Assembly (NCBI GenBank): GCA_012295275.1
Contig: CM022679.1
Location: 6,944,001 to 7,008,000 of the forward strand
DNA length: 64,000 nucleotides
Source: Chrysomallon squamiferum
Lineage: Eukaryota > Animalia > Mollusca
Direction: 5' to 3'
This document shows, piece after piece, positions 47,722 to 60,140 of the stretch. Both the position numbers and the translations under genes were made by a program. Under the pieces are notes generated by a model. The model worked only from the letters and a program-made list of their open reading frames with translations, was not told where the DNA came from and made no database searches. The stretch's first letter is position 1. Every line of letters starts with the position of its first letter.

Positions 47722-48909
47722 TTATATGGAATTTAAAGTCATCTTAATCAACTTGTACATGGATTCCATGACTGAATCAGTACGTATTTTCAATTTCTTT
47801 TCTTCGTATTTCTCTTCTTCGTTCTTCTCTTCCAGCCATAGTTCTTCTCCTCTCACTCGAAGCAAAACAAACCTCTGACCGTCTGTCAAAATGTTGAATA
47901 ACGGTACAGTTGTAATGTCGACATAATGTTTGCAAGCAAGTTGCTGTAAAACAAGAAGTTGGAGGACTGCTTGAACAAATGCTTTACTGTTCATAGTGGA
48001 AGATGTTTTCGCTTCCAAGCATCCGATCGGTTTTCCGTCATAGTTACGGAACAGAAAATCAAATTGGCAAGTGGGAAGATATTTGAAATTAATATGCTCT
48101 TCTGTTCGGAAACCAAATTTTAGCCCTGCACATAATTTCTGAAGCATGGAGGTTAACAACATTCTGACATTGGCTTCTTTCTTCAGGACATCATCAAGAG
48201 AAGGAGGAGATTTCGACGTCTGCAACATTTGTAGGTGTTCTTTGATAATGTTGTTCTGTAAATCGGACAGATTGACATCATCTGTCGCAATATTCTCTAA
48301 GTACACGTCTTTCTCGAAATCAATGTATTTACTGAACATTTTTAAATCCCATTGGCTGGAACTCATGGATAGATGACCTTTTTTATCAATGGTTCGCCAC
48401 TGGATTTTTTGCTTCAGTTGTACTGCCTTTAATGTAGAAGTGCTACGAAGCAGCTGGTCTTGAGTCAAAGTTAGAACATCTCCTGTACTCTTATAGTCTG
48501 TTTTTATTGTAGGCCTACTTTCGACTGTTGTTTGCTCTTCTTCTAAAAATGTCCAAGTCGATGGGATGTCTTCACAGATTTGTTCCGATGCTGATCTTTT
48601 AACTGGTTTCCTTGCAGCAGATTCAGATTCGGTTTTGAGATCACTTTTCTCGGACGTTGTTTTGTCAAAACTGTACTCATCTTTCAGGCTTCCAATGTCT
48701 ACGGCGAATTCTGAGTTAATTTGAAGGGTCAGTTTTTTGGAAATGGAAGCAGGGCCAACGAGTGAGTCTAGACTCTCGTATCTTTGTCTCTTAGACCGCT
48801 TGGAGGTTAAATCAGATAAGAAGTGTTCCCATCGCCGTTCGTTTTGTTTCTGCTTGTCGTATAAAAGATGTTCGTCCGTTTTATTTCTGTGTTTCGTGAT
48901 GACATCCAT
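47722..48909 (-). CDS. Uncharacterised PD-(D/E)XK endonuclease-like protein, copy C (395 aa)
   Basis: Intact 1188-bp ORF; EANVR...CQFDFLF..DGKPIGCLEAK...AFVQAVLQL...LFNILTDGQRFVL; acceptor ttttcag|aaATG; candidate donor aag|gtagga at 49330/49329. Confidence 0.82.
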   Translation of the reverse strand: MDVITKHRNKTDEHLLYDKQKQNERRWEHFLSDLTSKRSKRQRYESLDSLVGPASISKKLTLQINSEFAVDIGSLKDEYSFDKTTSEKSDLKTESESAARKPVKRSASEQICEDIPSTWTFLEEEQTTVESRPTIKTDYKSTGDVLTLTQDQLLRSTSTLKAVQLKQKIQWRTIDKKGHLSMSSSQWDLKMFSKYIDFEKDVYLENIATDDVNLSDLQNNIIKEHLQMLQTSKSPPSLDDVLKKEANVRMLLTSMLQKLCAGLKFGFRTEEHINFKYLPTCQFDFLFRNYDGKPIGCLEAKTSSTMNSKAFVQAVLQLLVLQQLACKHYVDITTVPLFNILTDGQRFVLLRVRGEELWLEEKNEEEKYEEKKLKIRTDSVMESMYKLIKMTLNSI

Positions 48910-50274
48910 TTCTGAAAATGGAGCAGGCGGTGTTCATTAATTAGCCCGTTAATAAAGTTAATAAATGAAACATTTCATAATTAACAGGTAACCCAAATCT
49001 TGAAAATAGTACGTTATTAACATAGATATAATATAAAGATAAAATGTATAATAAATAAATCAATAAATAAATTGGTGATAAAGTGAGGATAAGGCTGTTT
49101 TGGTAATGATTTAATATTTGGGTGTAAGAATGTTTTAATTAAAAATACAAACAATATATAGATACATACAGACATACATACATATTTATTATTATGTATA
49201 AATAAATACTTAGGCTATTTCTATTTATCACATACTAAATATTAAATAGAGAAAATAAAGGAAATGAAAGGGTTCAGAGCGACAGATAATAATTATAATA
49301 TTAATATTATTATTCAACGTAATTCCTACCTTGAGAAGAACAGTCTGTTCTATAATATCGTTCCAGATATATTTTTAATTGTAGCGAAAACTGTAAGCTA
49401 AAAACAATAACATTATATTAGTTATAATAATTATAACTGTAATAATAACAAAACTATATGTAGCATTACAAAGAAAACAATAGCAGTTTTGTTTATTATT
49501 ATTTCTATTAATTAATTAATTAATTTAGTTATTATTTTATTTTATCTTAAAGTTCTCTTTAATGCAAAGTGTTGTTAGAAACAATAGCTAACAGGTAAAA
49601 AATAAAAATACAAACTGTAAAAGACTATGTATATGACGTCATTGTGACATCATATTTTAAAATTAAATAAATTTTTAATACGTGTATTTTCATTTTTATT
49701 TATATTGTGTATATTTTAAATTTGTGTGACCCCTTAACGCTTCAAAATTTTATTAATTAATCGTCATCATCATCTTTTGTCGATAATAAGTCTAACCTGA
49801 AATGTTTTAAAATGTTACAAGACTACAATGCTAATGATGAATAATAGAGATAAAACGTTCATCACGTATTTCAAAAATTAGAACATATGAGTAAAGAACA
49901 TTTAAGTCAATTTATTATGTAAAAACAGTTATTAGAACCATCCATTACCTTGTGATTCCAACTAATAGTAAATTATTATCATTATCTTGAACAGTCGCAT
50001 CGACCTCCAGTGGTGGATATCGTCCATCTTGGAAACCCCTGATTTTATTTGTATCACATTTACATTTATGAACCATTTATAATATAATAAAACCTTTATA
50101 ATAGAAATAATGTGCCTGCATGAAGTTTGTGTATAGTTATGACACAGTTGATCTTTCAAGGCGTGGCTTAGTCCGGCTACGAAGTTCTTTGTAGTAAACA
50201 AGTTGTCGCTTAATTCTCGACATGTTATATAAAGATAAAACAGTTTCCTTTTCGTCTTGTCCCGCATATAATTC

Positions 50275-52090
50275 ATCAAATGGAAAGTCGTTATAAAGTC
50301 TGACGAGAAGTCGTTGAACGTAGATTCGTCAAATGAAAGTCGTTAAGCTGTATCGTAACCGGGTGCGTGCGACGCCAGCGATTATTTAAGAAACCATTGA
50401 TTTCAGTTGCAGCATCCTATCAGCTCCCATACGGAGCGACAGTTTGAGCTAGTCGAGTGCTGACACAATACTGATAGGAATTGTTTCTATTTTTTGTCGC
50501 GTTAGACGAGTGTCTAAAATATATTAATCACAAACAAGATTATTTCCCTAGTTCATGAAAATGGAAAACGAATAACTCATGCATCTCGTTCAGAAGTTAC
50601 CAGTACTTTACGATTGTTCTTTGTCAACGTACAAAGATAACAACAGAAAAGAAAATGCCTGAAAGAATACTGGAAAAACTCTAGTAAGTAATGTGTGTGT
50701 GTTATTAACATGCATATATTAGCTTCTTGGAAGATCCAGAGTCCCGGGGTGGGGGGAAGGTAGCTTTGCATTAAGATGATAGAACAATATAAACATACCT
50801 GATACGTTTAACTTGTCTTCAGTTGTGGATAAAAAATGATACTGTCGCTACGGTCGCGTCTGGTTAGGACAGTGATTCTCAACCAGTGTGCCAGCGGCAC
50901 ACAGGTGTGCCACAAGATCTTCCTAAGTGTGCCGCAAAATTTTGAACGGAAGACTAAGAAAATGCGAAAAACCATGTGATCCCAAAATAAAACAAACAGC
51001 AGTATGTAAGGTAAAAACGAAAATATTATCACTTCAACAGACAAGCTAGTGGCTCTCAAAAAGAGAATTGTGATTTGGAAAAAAAAAAAAAGCAATCACT
51101 GGCAATCTTGATATGTTCCCTTTATTGTGTTCTACCTGCGTTAGAGAAATGATCTCTATTGTGTTTACTCATCTGACAGCCCTGGACGAAAGCATCAACA
51201 ATCACTTTCCGTCATTAAAGTCAGAAAAGTATGATTGGATTAGAGATCCTTTCATAAATCATTCTTCCAACATTGAACGTGAGTTACAGGAAGAATAAGA
51301 ATTGGCCACCCTTTCTAATGACCAAGGGTTAAAATTAAAATATTTGAATCTGCCCATTGATTCATTTTGGATTTCAATTCAAGAGGAGTATCCCATATTA
51401 TATAAGAGTTTTAGCAATTTTATTACAATTTTCAACTTTTTACATATGTGAATTAGGCTTCTCAACATTAAACAACATCAAAAACATGAAGCACTGGAGA
51501 TTACGTACAATGGAAGAAGAAATGAGGGTGTGTCTGTCTCATATTTGACCAAACATTGACGAAATTATGAATAAAAGTCAGGCACAAATTTGTCACTAAA
51601 GAAACCAGCTATTTGACTCATGAAATTAGAACTACTGCAATGAAGTGAGTTCATAGCTGTGTTTTTCTTTATTTAGTTTGAGTCATTCTATGTGTCTATG
51701 ACTAGTCTGTGTCTACGGTTGTATGCTGTCTATGACTTGCCATGTTTTTATTTTTCAAAATTCAAATATTTTTCATATATATTTAGCCAAGTGTGCCGCT
51801 ATTTTTTCCTGTGTTCCAAGGTGTGCCGCTGGCAAAAAAAGGTTGAGAATCACTGGGTTAGGATATAAACAGTATCGTGTCGCTCGCGCCCGCATAGGAT
51901 ACAGATTTACTAGAAGTCGTTGAACAGAGCTTCGTCAAACGGAAAGTCGTTACAGTGAAGAGAAATCTTTCACATACGTTTTTTTGTATTACAAATCTTC
52001 AAGAACGGAACTTCGTTAAACGGAAAGTCGTTATACAGTCTGACAAGAAGTCGCTCGTTTGCTCTTTCCTTCCTGTGCTGAAAGTCGTCA
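50275..52090. repeat. Clusters of AAGTCGTT-containing direct repeats at 50275-50346 and 51912-52090
   Basis: ggaaagtcgttata.agtctgac.agaagtcg at 50282 and 52022; agaagtcgttgaac....ttcgtcaaa..gaaagtcgtta at 50306 and 51912. Confidence 0.7.
50870..51855 (+). mobile_element. Internally deleted hAT DNA transposon (Buster/Charlie; ZBED8/FAM200-like transposase remnant)
   Basis: Perfect TIRs cagtgattctcaacc / ggttgagaatcactg; 8-bp TSD ggttagga (50862-69, 51856-63); subterminal gtgtgcc repeats; broken C-terminal transposase YDWIRDPF...FW...LLQFSTFYICELGFS...MEEEMRVCLS. Confidence 0.93.
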
Positions 52091-52391
52091 ATGAAATATA
52101 AACAGTCTGTGAAATTTGAAATATATTGACTATATAAAATAATTCCTGGACCATGACTTTTGATAAATCAACTTGGAATTTCTTTGTGGACTGAATAATT
52201 GACATTTGATTATTCTCCGAGTTCTGATGATAACTTTAATTAGTTTTCTTTAACTTTCAGTTTATAAAATAAAAAATATTAAGTCTTTATACGACTTCTT
52301 CTTTTGTTTTGGATATATGAATTCCTGTTAACTATTTAGTAGATTGGACCTTAAGTTAACTTCATAACATCAAGTTTTAATGAACTGAAAG

Positions 52392-52441
<50 letters not shown>

Positions 52442-52863
52442 TAGTATTCGAAGTGAACAGAAGTGGTTTTCATATAGGAAAAATACCGCTATAGTCGTTA
52501 GATCCATTATAAATTATAGCTAGTAGCATGGTTTATCATATATGCACTTGTAATACAGTCTAGGATATCTGATCGCGTTAACCCACTGAGATTTATCACG
52601 TCTTAACTTACAGTTCCATTTAGTATGCTCACTCCTATCACAAAATAAGCGGCTAAATTTAGAAACAAATCGGTACTATTTATTTGCTTATATATTGGAT
52701 ATTATTAGAACTGACAATAATCTATCGGCTGAAAATTTAATATAATATATTCTATGTGTAAAAATATAGAAAACAGTATTCTAATAATACGTTTATTTTA
52801 TGTAGTTCAGACAATTACGATTTAATTGTCAGTACTATTTTGTTAAGATGTAGTAAACAGAAA

Positions 52864-52871
52864 CCGGAAGT
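52864..52871 (+). promoter_or_regulatory. ETS motif CCGGAAGT, likely MARF1 core promoter
   Basis: aaaccggaagtg near the edge of the CpG-retaining domain; second ggaagt at 52890; candidate donor gtaggt at ~52995. Confidence 0.45.
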
Positions 52872-54620
52872 GTTGTGCATTTCGTGAAAGGAAGTTGGGA
52901 ATTAGTGATTGAAATGTTTTTATTTTAATATTAATTTTTGATAATGGATTTTGGTTAAACGTTAAATTTCGGAATCATGTGACCTTCGTTTGTGGTAGGT
53001 GACTTTGTTACTTTCTGAAAGCTTAAATGGCAATGAAAAGTATTTCATTAATCGAAATATATTGCATCGCCAAAAGCAATAATAATAAAGTGAATAATCT
53101 TTTCGCACCTTGCTTGGTGGTTTCATAATGTTAATAATCATAATCATAATGAAACTGAAACTGAGGAAATATTTCAGATAGAAATTATATAGTGAATATA
53201 ACATATTGTTGACACAAGAGATAATTAATTATACATACGTATATTCATTTGGTTAAAACTGGCGAAATCATTTATGACAAAATTATGAGTAAGTATGGTA
53301 ATTGATATAAACATTATAGTCATAAATTCATAATTTAGTAAGAAAGTTACAATGTGAGATTTATGATAATGGATAGTTAGTCATTTGAAATTTATTGGAA
53401 GGTGTAAACTGTGAATAACAAAGTAATATTTAAAAAATTTGAATATTCCCATATATGAATTTGGTTACGTTCAGTAATACTAACTCAAATTTCTTATTAC
53501 CTTTGAATTGAAATGTAAAATCATATTTATCTATATTATTCTCATCTTTTATAAGTTCAACCATTGAGTCAGTTGTCACTCTTATCATTTTCAGTGAGCT
53601 ATGTTTTGCTTAAAATTATAACATCAAATAATGTTTCCTTGATTAAACACCACATCTTAGCAGACTTTAAAAAAAAATTAAAAAAAGATGGTTCAGCTTG
53701 TACAAATTTGTTCACATGTTTTATTATTATCTTTAACACTGTTATGCTACGGGAGAGCTCTGTTTGTGTTTTAAACGCAAAATCTGTAAACCATAAATAA
53801 ACTTTCTGCTTATTATAATTTCGATGACACGCACAATGTTTTATTTACATCCATCATTGAACTCTGTATGTTTGCAATTGTCTTTTAAGAGAAAGCTGTG
53901 ATGCTTGCTATATCAATAACTGTCCATGACAATTCATATTTGTTGTGAGTACTGATGTACGTACATGGAATAATGTTTGTAAATAAATTTTTAAAAAAAA
54001 TGGTCATTTGTTTTTGTCCTTCTGAGTAGGGGACACTAGTGAGGTTGGAATATTTTTGCTTGGCCCCACAGGTCTCCATACAATACAGGTATACTGTACA
54101 TAAAGTTGACAGTGAATTAAAAAAAAAAAAATTGGGTGTTTTATTACAAATAGAAAGACACTGGGAAAACATTGTCTTGCAATTAATATAGCTGAAATGT
54201 GCATTGTATTCCTGAAATTAGGCCACAGTGTTCCTTTTAAATAAATGAAATCTACTGATAAGTATTTTACAAAATAATGATTCACCTTTGTTGCTTTAGA
54301 TTTCCAACAGTATATGACAATATTTATAAATATTTTAAGATAATAATAGCCTTTTGAACAAATATTATACCTATTGTGAAGAAGAGTTAAAATGAAATTA
54401 GACTGTAATTAGTACATTATAAACACTTTTTTCAAGCACAAGAACATTCTTTCTTTGTAAAAAAAAATTATTACTATTATTATTTTAATATTACTATATC
54501 CCCTTTCCCAAAATAATTAAATAAATTATTAGATATTGATAAAATTATAGTTTGATATAGTTATATACAATAATATAATTTTATTTACTATATATTAATT
54601 TAGTTTTCTTTAATTCACAG

Positions 54621-54806
54621 GAGGAGGACTGATGAAGATGGACTGTGTTTGATGGCGATGGAAATATATTTTTAACCCTTTTATCAGCAGTCCTCATGAA
54701 GCATCAGCTCTGCTTGCTGGTTTCATGCACAGCTAATTTTATAAACAAATTGCTACAGCTTTTATCCTGTTTTTATATTACTTTTTATTTGCTTGCATAT
54801 TTTAAG
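54621..54806 (+). other. MARF1: Candidate MARF1 5'-UTR exon with upstream ATGs
   Basis: ttcacag|...tttaag|gtaagt; contains several ATGs (e.g. 54632, 54652, 54696). Confidence 0.5.
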
Positions 54807-56042
54807 GTAAGTTCAAATCACTTATTTCATTTAGTGAACAGTGTGAGTGAAAATTTTCAGAAATACTATCAAATTCTAAAATATACACATAATACAGCAT
54901 TATTTCTTGTTCCAAGTATTGAAAATATTAAATTTGGGAAAGTGTCTCCAAGCAACAAAAATATGTTAAATGAAGGCCTGTCACTGATTTACTGGGAAAT
55001 GATTTCCCTCATAATGTCAGAATCCCATTTCTTAAGTTTTATTATATTTTAGGATTTCATGTTACTGCTGTTTATAACTGAATAGAAGTATAACAAGGGT
55101 TTATGGTATACCTTGAAAATATTTTTTTTCAGGCTGACAAGTACTTCTTTTTGCAACTATAATAAGTAGCACCCAAAATTTGGTTCCCAAACATTAGAAC
55201 TCATTTTATTTATGCCTAGGTGCCTACTAGTAATGTTAATAAAAATATGAGTATCGGACCAATTGTCTGGATTCCTAGGAGCCTGGGGCATTCCAGATTT
55301 CTGGATTTTCCAGTATTCTGGTACCAAAGCATCTAAATACATAAATAATTAGGCATACACATTTTAAAATTAAAAACATAAAGAAAATTGCCAATACACA
55401 GCGGTGGCGACTCGTCACATAAACAGCCTACTCTTTGTAAACAGACAAGAAATTCTGTTGCTTGGTTCCCAGAATAATATTTATGTGTCACAATTATTTC
55501 TGTTAAAAAATTATATACAGTGAATTTTTAAGGTATGTTTTAAACAAAAAATTAAATTGTAATTACCAGTTTATTGACAAAATCAAATAAACACTTACCA
55601 TATGCTTAGAAATTCTAATAATGATATATTAGTGTTTTGAAATGACCTCTTTATTAAAAATCAAAATATAAAAGAAATTGTAATGCATATATTTAAACTT
55701 CATTTTAGAGATGATGTATTGGAGTTTTGAAACAGTCCCTCTATTAATAATTTAAACTTAAATAAGAATTTCTGGTCAAAAAGAATAATAGCTAATAAGC
55801 TTTTGACTGCAGAATGTTCCTTGATACAAGATATATCTAGTTGTTTAATTTTAAACCAATAAAATAAGGAATGAGTAATTCATGATTATCGTTTAAGTTA
55901 TTTATTGATAGTTTGTGGCTTTTGTTTTTTATTGAAATTTGAAAAATGAAGTAATAGGGAATAACTTATTAATCACCTTCTGATAGTTTTACATCTAATT
56001 GTCAACATTTCTTTTTCAGATACTCTTAGCTTTTATGTCAAC

Positions 56043-56246
56043 ATGTCAAACGCTGATAACATAGTATCTATTGGTGTGTTTTGGGACATTGAAAATGTCC
56101 ACGTCCCAAAATGGAAATCAGCATTCTCTGTTGTTCAGTGTATTAGGGATAGATTTTTTATTGGTCATCGTGAAGTAGAATTTATGTGTGTTTGTGACAT
56201 CAACAAAGAAAGTAAAGATGTAATACAAGAACTTAATTCTGCTCAG
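56043..56246 (+). CDS. MARF1: MARF1 first coding exon (NYN)
   Basis: Acceptor at 56019; [22 protein letters not shown]...ELNSAQ|gtaaag. Confidence 0.92.
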
Positions 56247-59200
56247 GTAAAGCTACAATGTTTTGTTTTGTTAGCATTACTATTTAATTGTTTCAGTTAA
56301 TATAATAAAGAAAATTTCTGTTAGAACAGTGGTAAACAAATTGTTACTTGATTTTTTTTTTTTTTGGATTTATGTACATAGTCAATCTGATTTGAATTGT
56401 TTTCATCTGTGTTATTTTTTAAATAAATACAATTTTTGGTGGTCTAGCTAATACAGATTTTGATCTTAATAAGAAATGGTTCAGACTTGCCAAAATGTTT
56501 GAAATTGTATTCTTTAATGTTGCAATCTATGAATCCTCACAACTGATCCACCCTTTTATTAGAATATACAGTGCAGTTTTTCAGGATTAGCTGAAATTAA
56601 AAAACTATCATTTATAACATTTTATTGATAAAACTACTATCAGCTGCTACTGTATTGTGATAATTGTACGAAAGTCTTCGGATATGATTTGTCTTCTACA
56701 TTTAAACTGGTTTCATTGTTACAGGTTAATGTTGTTCACATCAATGCAACTGCCAAAAATGCTGCTGATGACAAAATCAGACAAAGTCTACGAAGATTTG
56801 CTGACACACATCCTGCACAAACAAAGATCATTCTCATATCAAGTAGGTATCTCTTCAGCAATTATCTGAAAGTTAGTGGGTTTATTCTTTTCTAGCCAGT
56901 GTCCAATGAATTGTATTTCAAAGGCCATAATGTCTGCCCATCTCTTCCTTTGAGAAAATGTCTATTGTTGCTAATTAATAAAGCAAGTCATTAAAATTAG
57001 TAAAAATGTGAGATATATTTCAGTTTCTTAAGATGTAATGAAACTTACAGCTACAGATCTCTTCAGGTACACCTGTGTTAGAAAGTTGTATAAATATTTT
57101 AATTATTATTTTAAAATTTACTAATATTATTCATTCATATCTTTCATGATATTATATTTAAAAAAACAAAAACTTTGCATAAAACAATAGACTGATAATG
57201 GTAAAAGTAATGTTGGATAATTTTTATATGGCTATAGACTTGTTATAGTTGATATTATGGAATTGTTTCAGGTGACGTCAATTTTACATCTGATCTTTCT
57301 GATTTGCGTCACAGGAAGAACTTTTATATCATTCTTATTCACAAACGGCAAGTTAATGAGGCCCTCACTGCGTGTGCTAATGAGCACTATGTTTTTGATG
57401 ACATAGTTTTCAACTTACCATGTCGGACACCATCTAAAGTGAGGACATTTTAAATAATTTTTTTACTGATTTCCTGTTTTTAAAGTTGAAGGTTGAGATT
57501 AGAGACATCATTTGTATGGGGCCTTAAAATAATTCAAAAAATAATTGTCTTGTGATATTTGCTGTTTCTGTATTCCATTCAAGCTTGTACTTCAGGATTG
57601 GTTTATAAAAAGCACTTTATGTACTTTCTTTTTGGGGAGGGGTGGGAATTAATGTAATGTTTCCTTTGTTCCAAAGAGTACTCTTAACACTTTGTAAATT
57701 TCAGCCAGAAGATGGCTTTGCAGAACTGATTGTGACAAACATTAATTTCCACTTGCCTTCTGAAAAGATAAAAAACCGACTGAAAACTTTATCATACAAC
57801 TGTGGTGGAAGAGTTGTCTGTATTTCACAGGACTATGCTCTTATTCGATTTTCTTCATTGGATGTTGCAAAGAGGTGAGCAGTGGATTTTAATATGTATG
57901 ATCTATGCTTCTTTATTGTGCACAATGTTTAACACTGTTTGAATATTATATAATATGTAAATTACTAACATAGTTATATACTTTAAAACATGATATTAAT
58001 GCAGTTGTAATATTAATATGTAATATGCAAACCAGTGATTGTCTCATTAATATTATTACACCGGTGTAATGGTATTGTTTTTTGACAACTTAATGGAGGT
58101 AAGTTACTTTAAGTGGGAAGGCAGAATTGGTTGATTTCACAAGCTAAAGTAAGTGTAGACAATGTTTTGTCACTTTTTTAAATATTTTAATGAGAGGCAA
58201 AACAAAATGTAGCAAAATACTCAGTAAAACTATGCTGGCTGAGCTCAATCTAAGCTGAAGGATTGATAACATAAAATCATTAAAAACAAAAAACCCAACT
58301 AAAAATCATTCATTTACCAATTTAATTTGATTCAGATCTAAGTTGAAAAGACAAACATCCTCCTTGATATTTTAAAATACTGAGCATTCCATATAAATGT
58401 TATTACTGACTTACTTAAATAGGACAGACAATGAAATGAAAATGAAGCTTGTATCTGCAGTGTCATTTTGTATTAAACTAGAATGCTAAAAGCATGCAGG
58501 TCAGCCCATTACAGGTACAGGGAGTTAGTGTTGTGAGTACAGTCCTCATCTGCATAACAAAAAGCTGAGATGTTTTGTGAGATGGTGTTCAGCAGCTTGG
58601 AGCATGCATTTTTTATAACATAGGAAATGTTAAATGAGTTGCCATGTGCTTGCTCAAAAGTGTCTCAGCTTCACAATGTAATTATTCAGTGTGATTATAT
58701 GGAATGGTTTGTACATCTTTTTCTTATTAATAAATGCTTTATTTATTTATTTTGATTTTAATTAGTAATTATAGAGTTGGTATTTCCATACAAATCAACC
58801 CAAGGTTAAATTTTGGATTTTGTTGTCATTGTCATGAATTTGAGACAAAACAAGTGTTACCATTATGCTATGAATTATGTTTATGAAATCAGTGAACAAT
58901 TTACATGTAAATCAATAACTGTAGTCAGTTAATTTGAAATTAATAAATACTGTTTGTTACATTTAGTTGATAACTCTTGTTATAACCATAATTGACTGGT
59001 CTGTTTTACTTTTCCAAATAAATATTCCATTTGTGATAGTTATAGACATCATCTACAGTAAATAGTAACAATTTTAACAACCCGTTCAAATCTTCTTAAC
59101 ATTGTATCTAAATATTTGTTAAGTCCATGATAATTTACTATTTTATTAAATTCTTTATAACTTTTCTTTTAAAGTACCACCTTTTTGTTTACTTTTCTAT

Positions 59201-60106
59201 TTTTGCAGGTTTTTACATTTACCAGGTACATTGGAATGTTCCTTTATTGTAGTTACACAGAATATTGCTGAATTTAACTTGATAAATCAACAGATGAAAT
59301 GAATTAATGTGCCAAAATGCATAAAATAATTAAATTATTTTTAAAAAGTCCTAAACTAATTTTTCATGGTAGTTGTAAAATTTTGATAGATTTTTATTTT
59401 AACTTTTCTGTTGATTGCCTTCATTAATACTACCCGAAATAAAGTTCCATAATTCATCAAAACAGTTGCAAACTTTTTATAATCTATCATTTCATCATTA
59501 GAAAATCAGTTGATTAAACCTTGTTTGATTTCACTATTTGTGGGTTTTAATGTGGGTTTAGATATGTTGTGTGTGAAAGTGAAATCACCACATAATTATC
59601 TCAAATTCATTTCTAATTTTTAGTTCTTCCAGAAAAATAATCTTTATATTTTGTACTTTTGTCATCAGCATTTCCATTTAAGAAGTCTTAGTTTCTTTTA
59701 GAAAATAAACAAACTTCTCAAACCAGTTGGCACAGTAGATATCGAATCCATCTAAATTTCTGATAGACTAACCAAATTAACTTCACTAATTCAGATTCAC
59801 TATTTAAGTATTTTCCTAGCTTATAAACATCTTGTCTGTAACACAGAATGTGAGGACCAGTTCCTGTTACACACTGAACTTGTTACATGATGATGAAATA
59901 ATTGATAAACTCATAAATAGCATGTTATCCTTTTTCAAGACACTCACATGCACACATGTACACCTACACACACCACATTTAAAAAAAAAAAAAAATCTAT
60001 GTATCTGTTGCATTCATTTTTTATTTTTTTTTAAAGGTTGAATGCTAGTCTATTTATTTCTATGAAATTTGTTTTCATGGGTGTATGTGTGCGTGCGCAC
60101 ACGCAT

Positions 60107-60140
<34 letters not shown>

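Noticed and set aside
49962-50279. 105-aa minus-strand ORF upstream of copy C as a partner or antitoxin gene
   Set aside because: No recognisable motif and no paralogue in the other duplication unit
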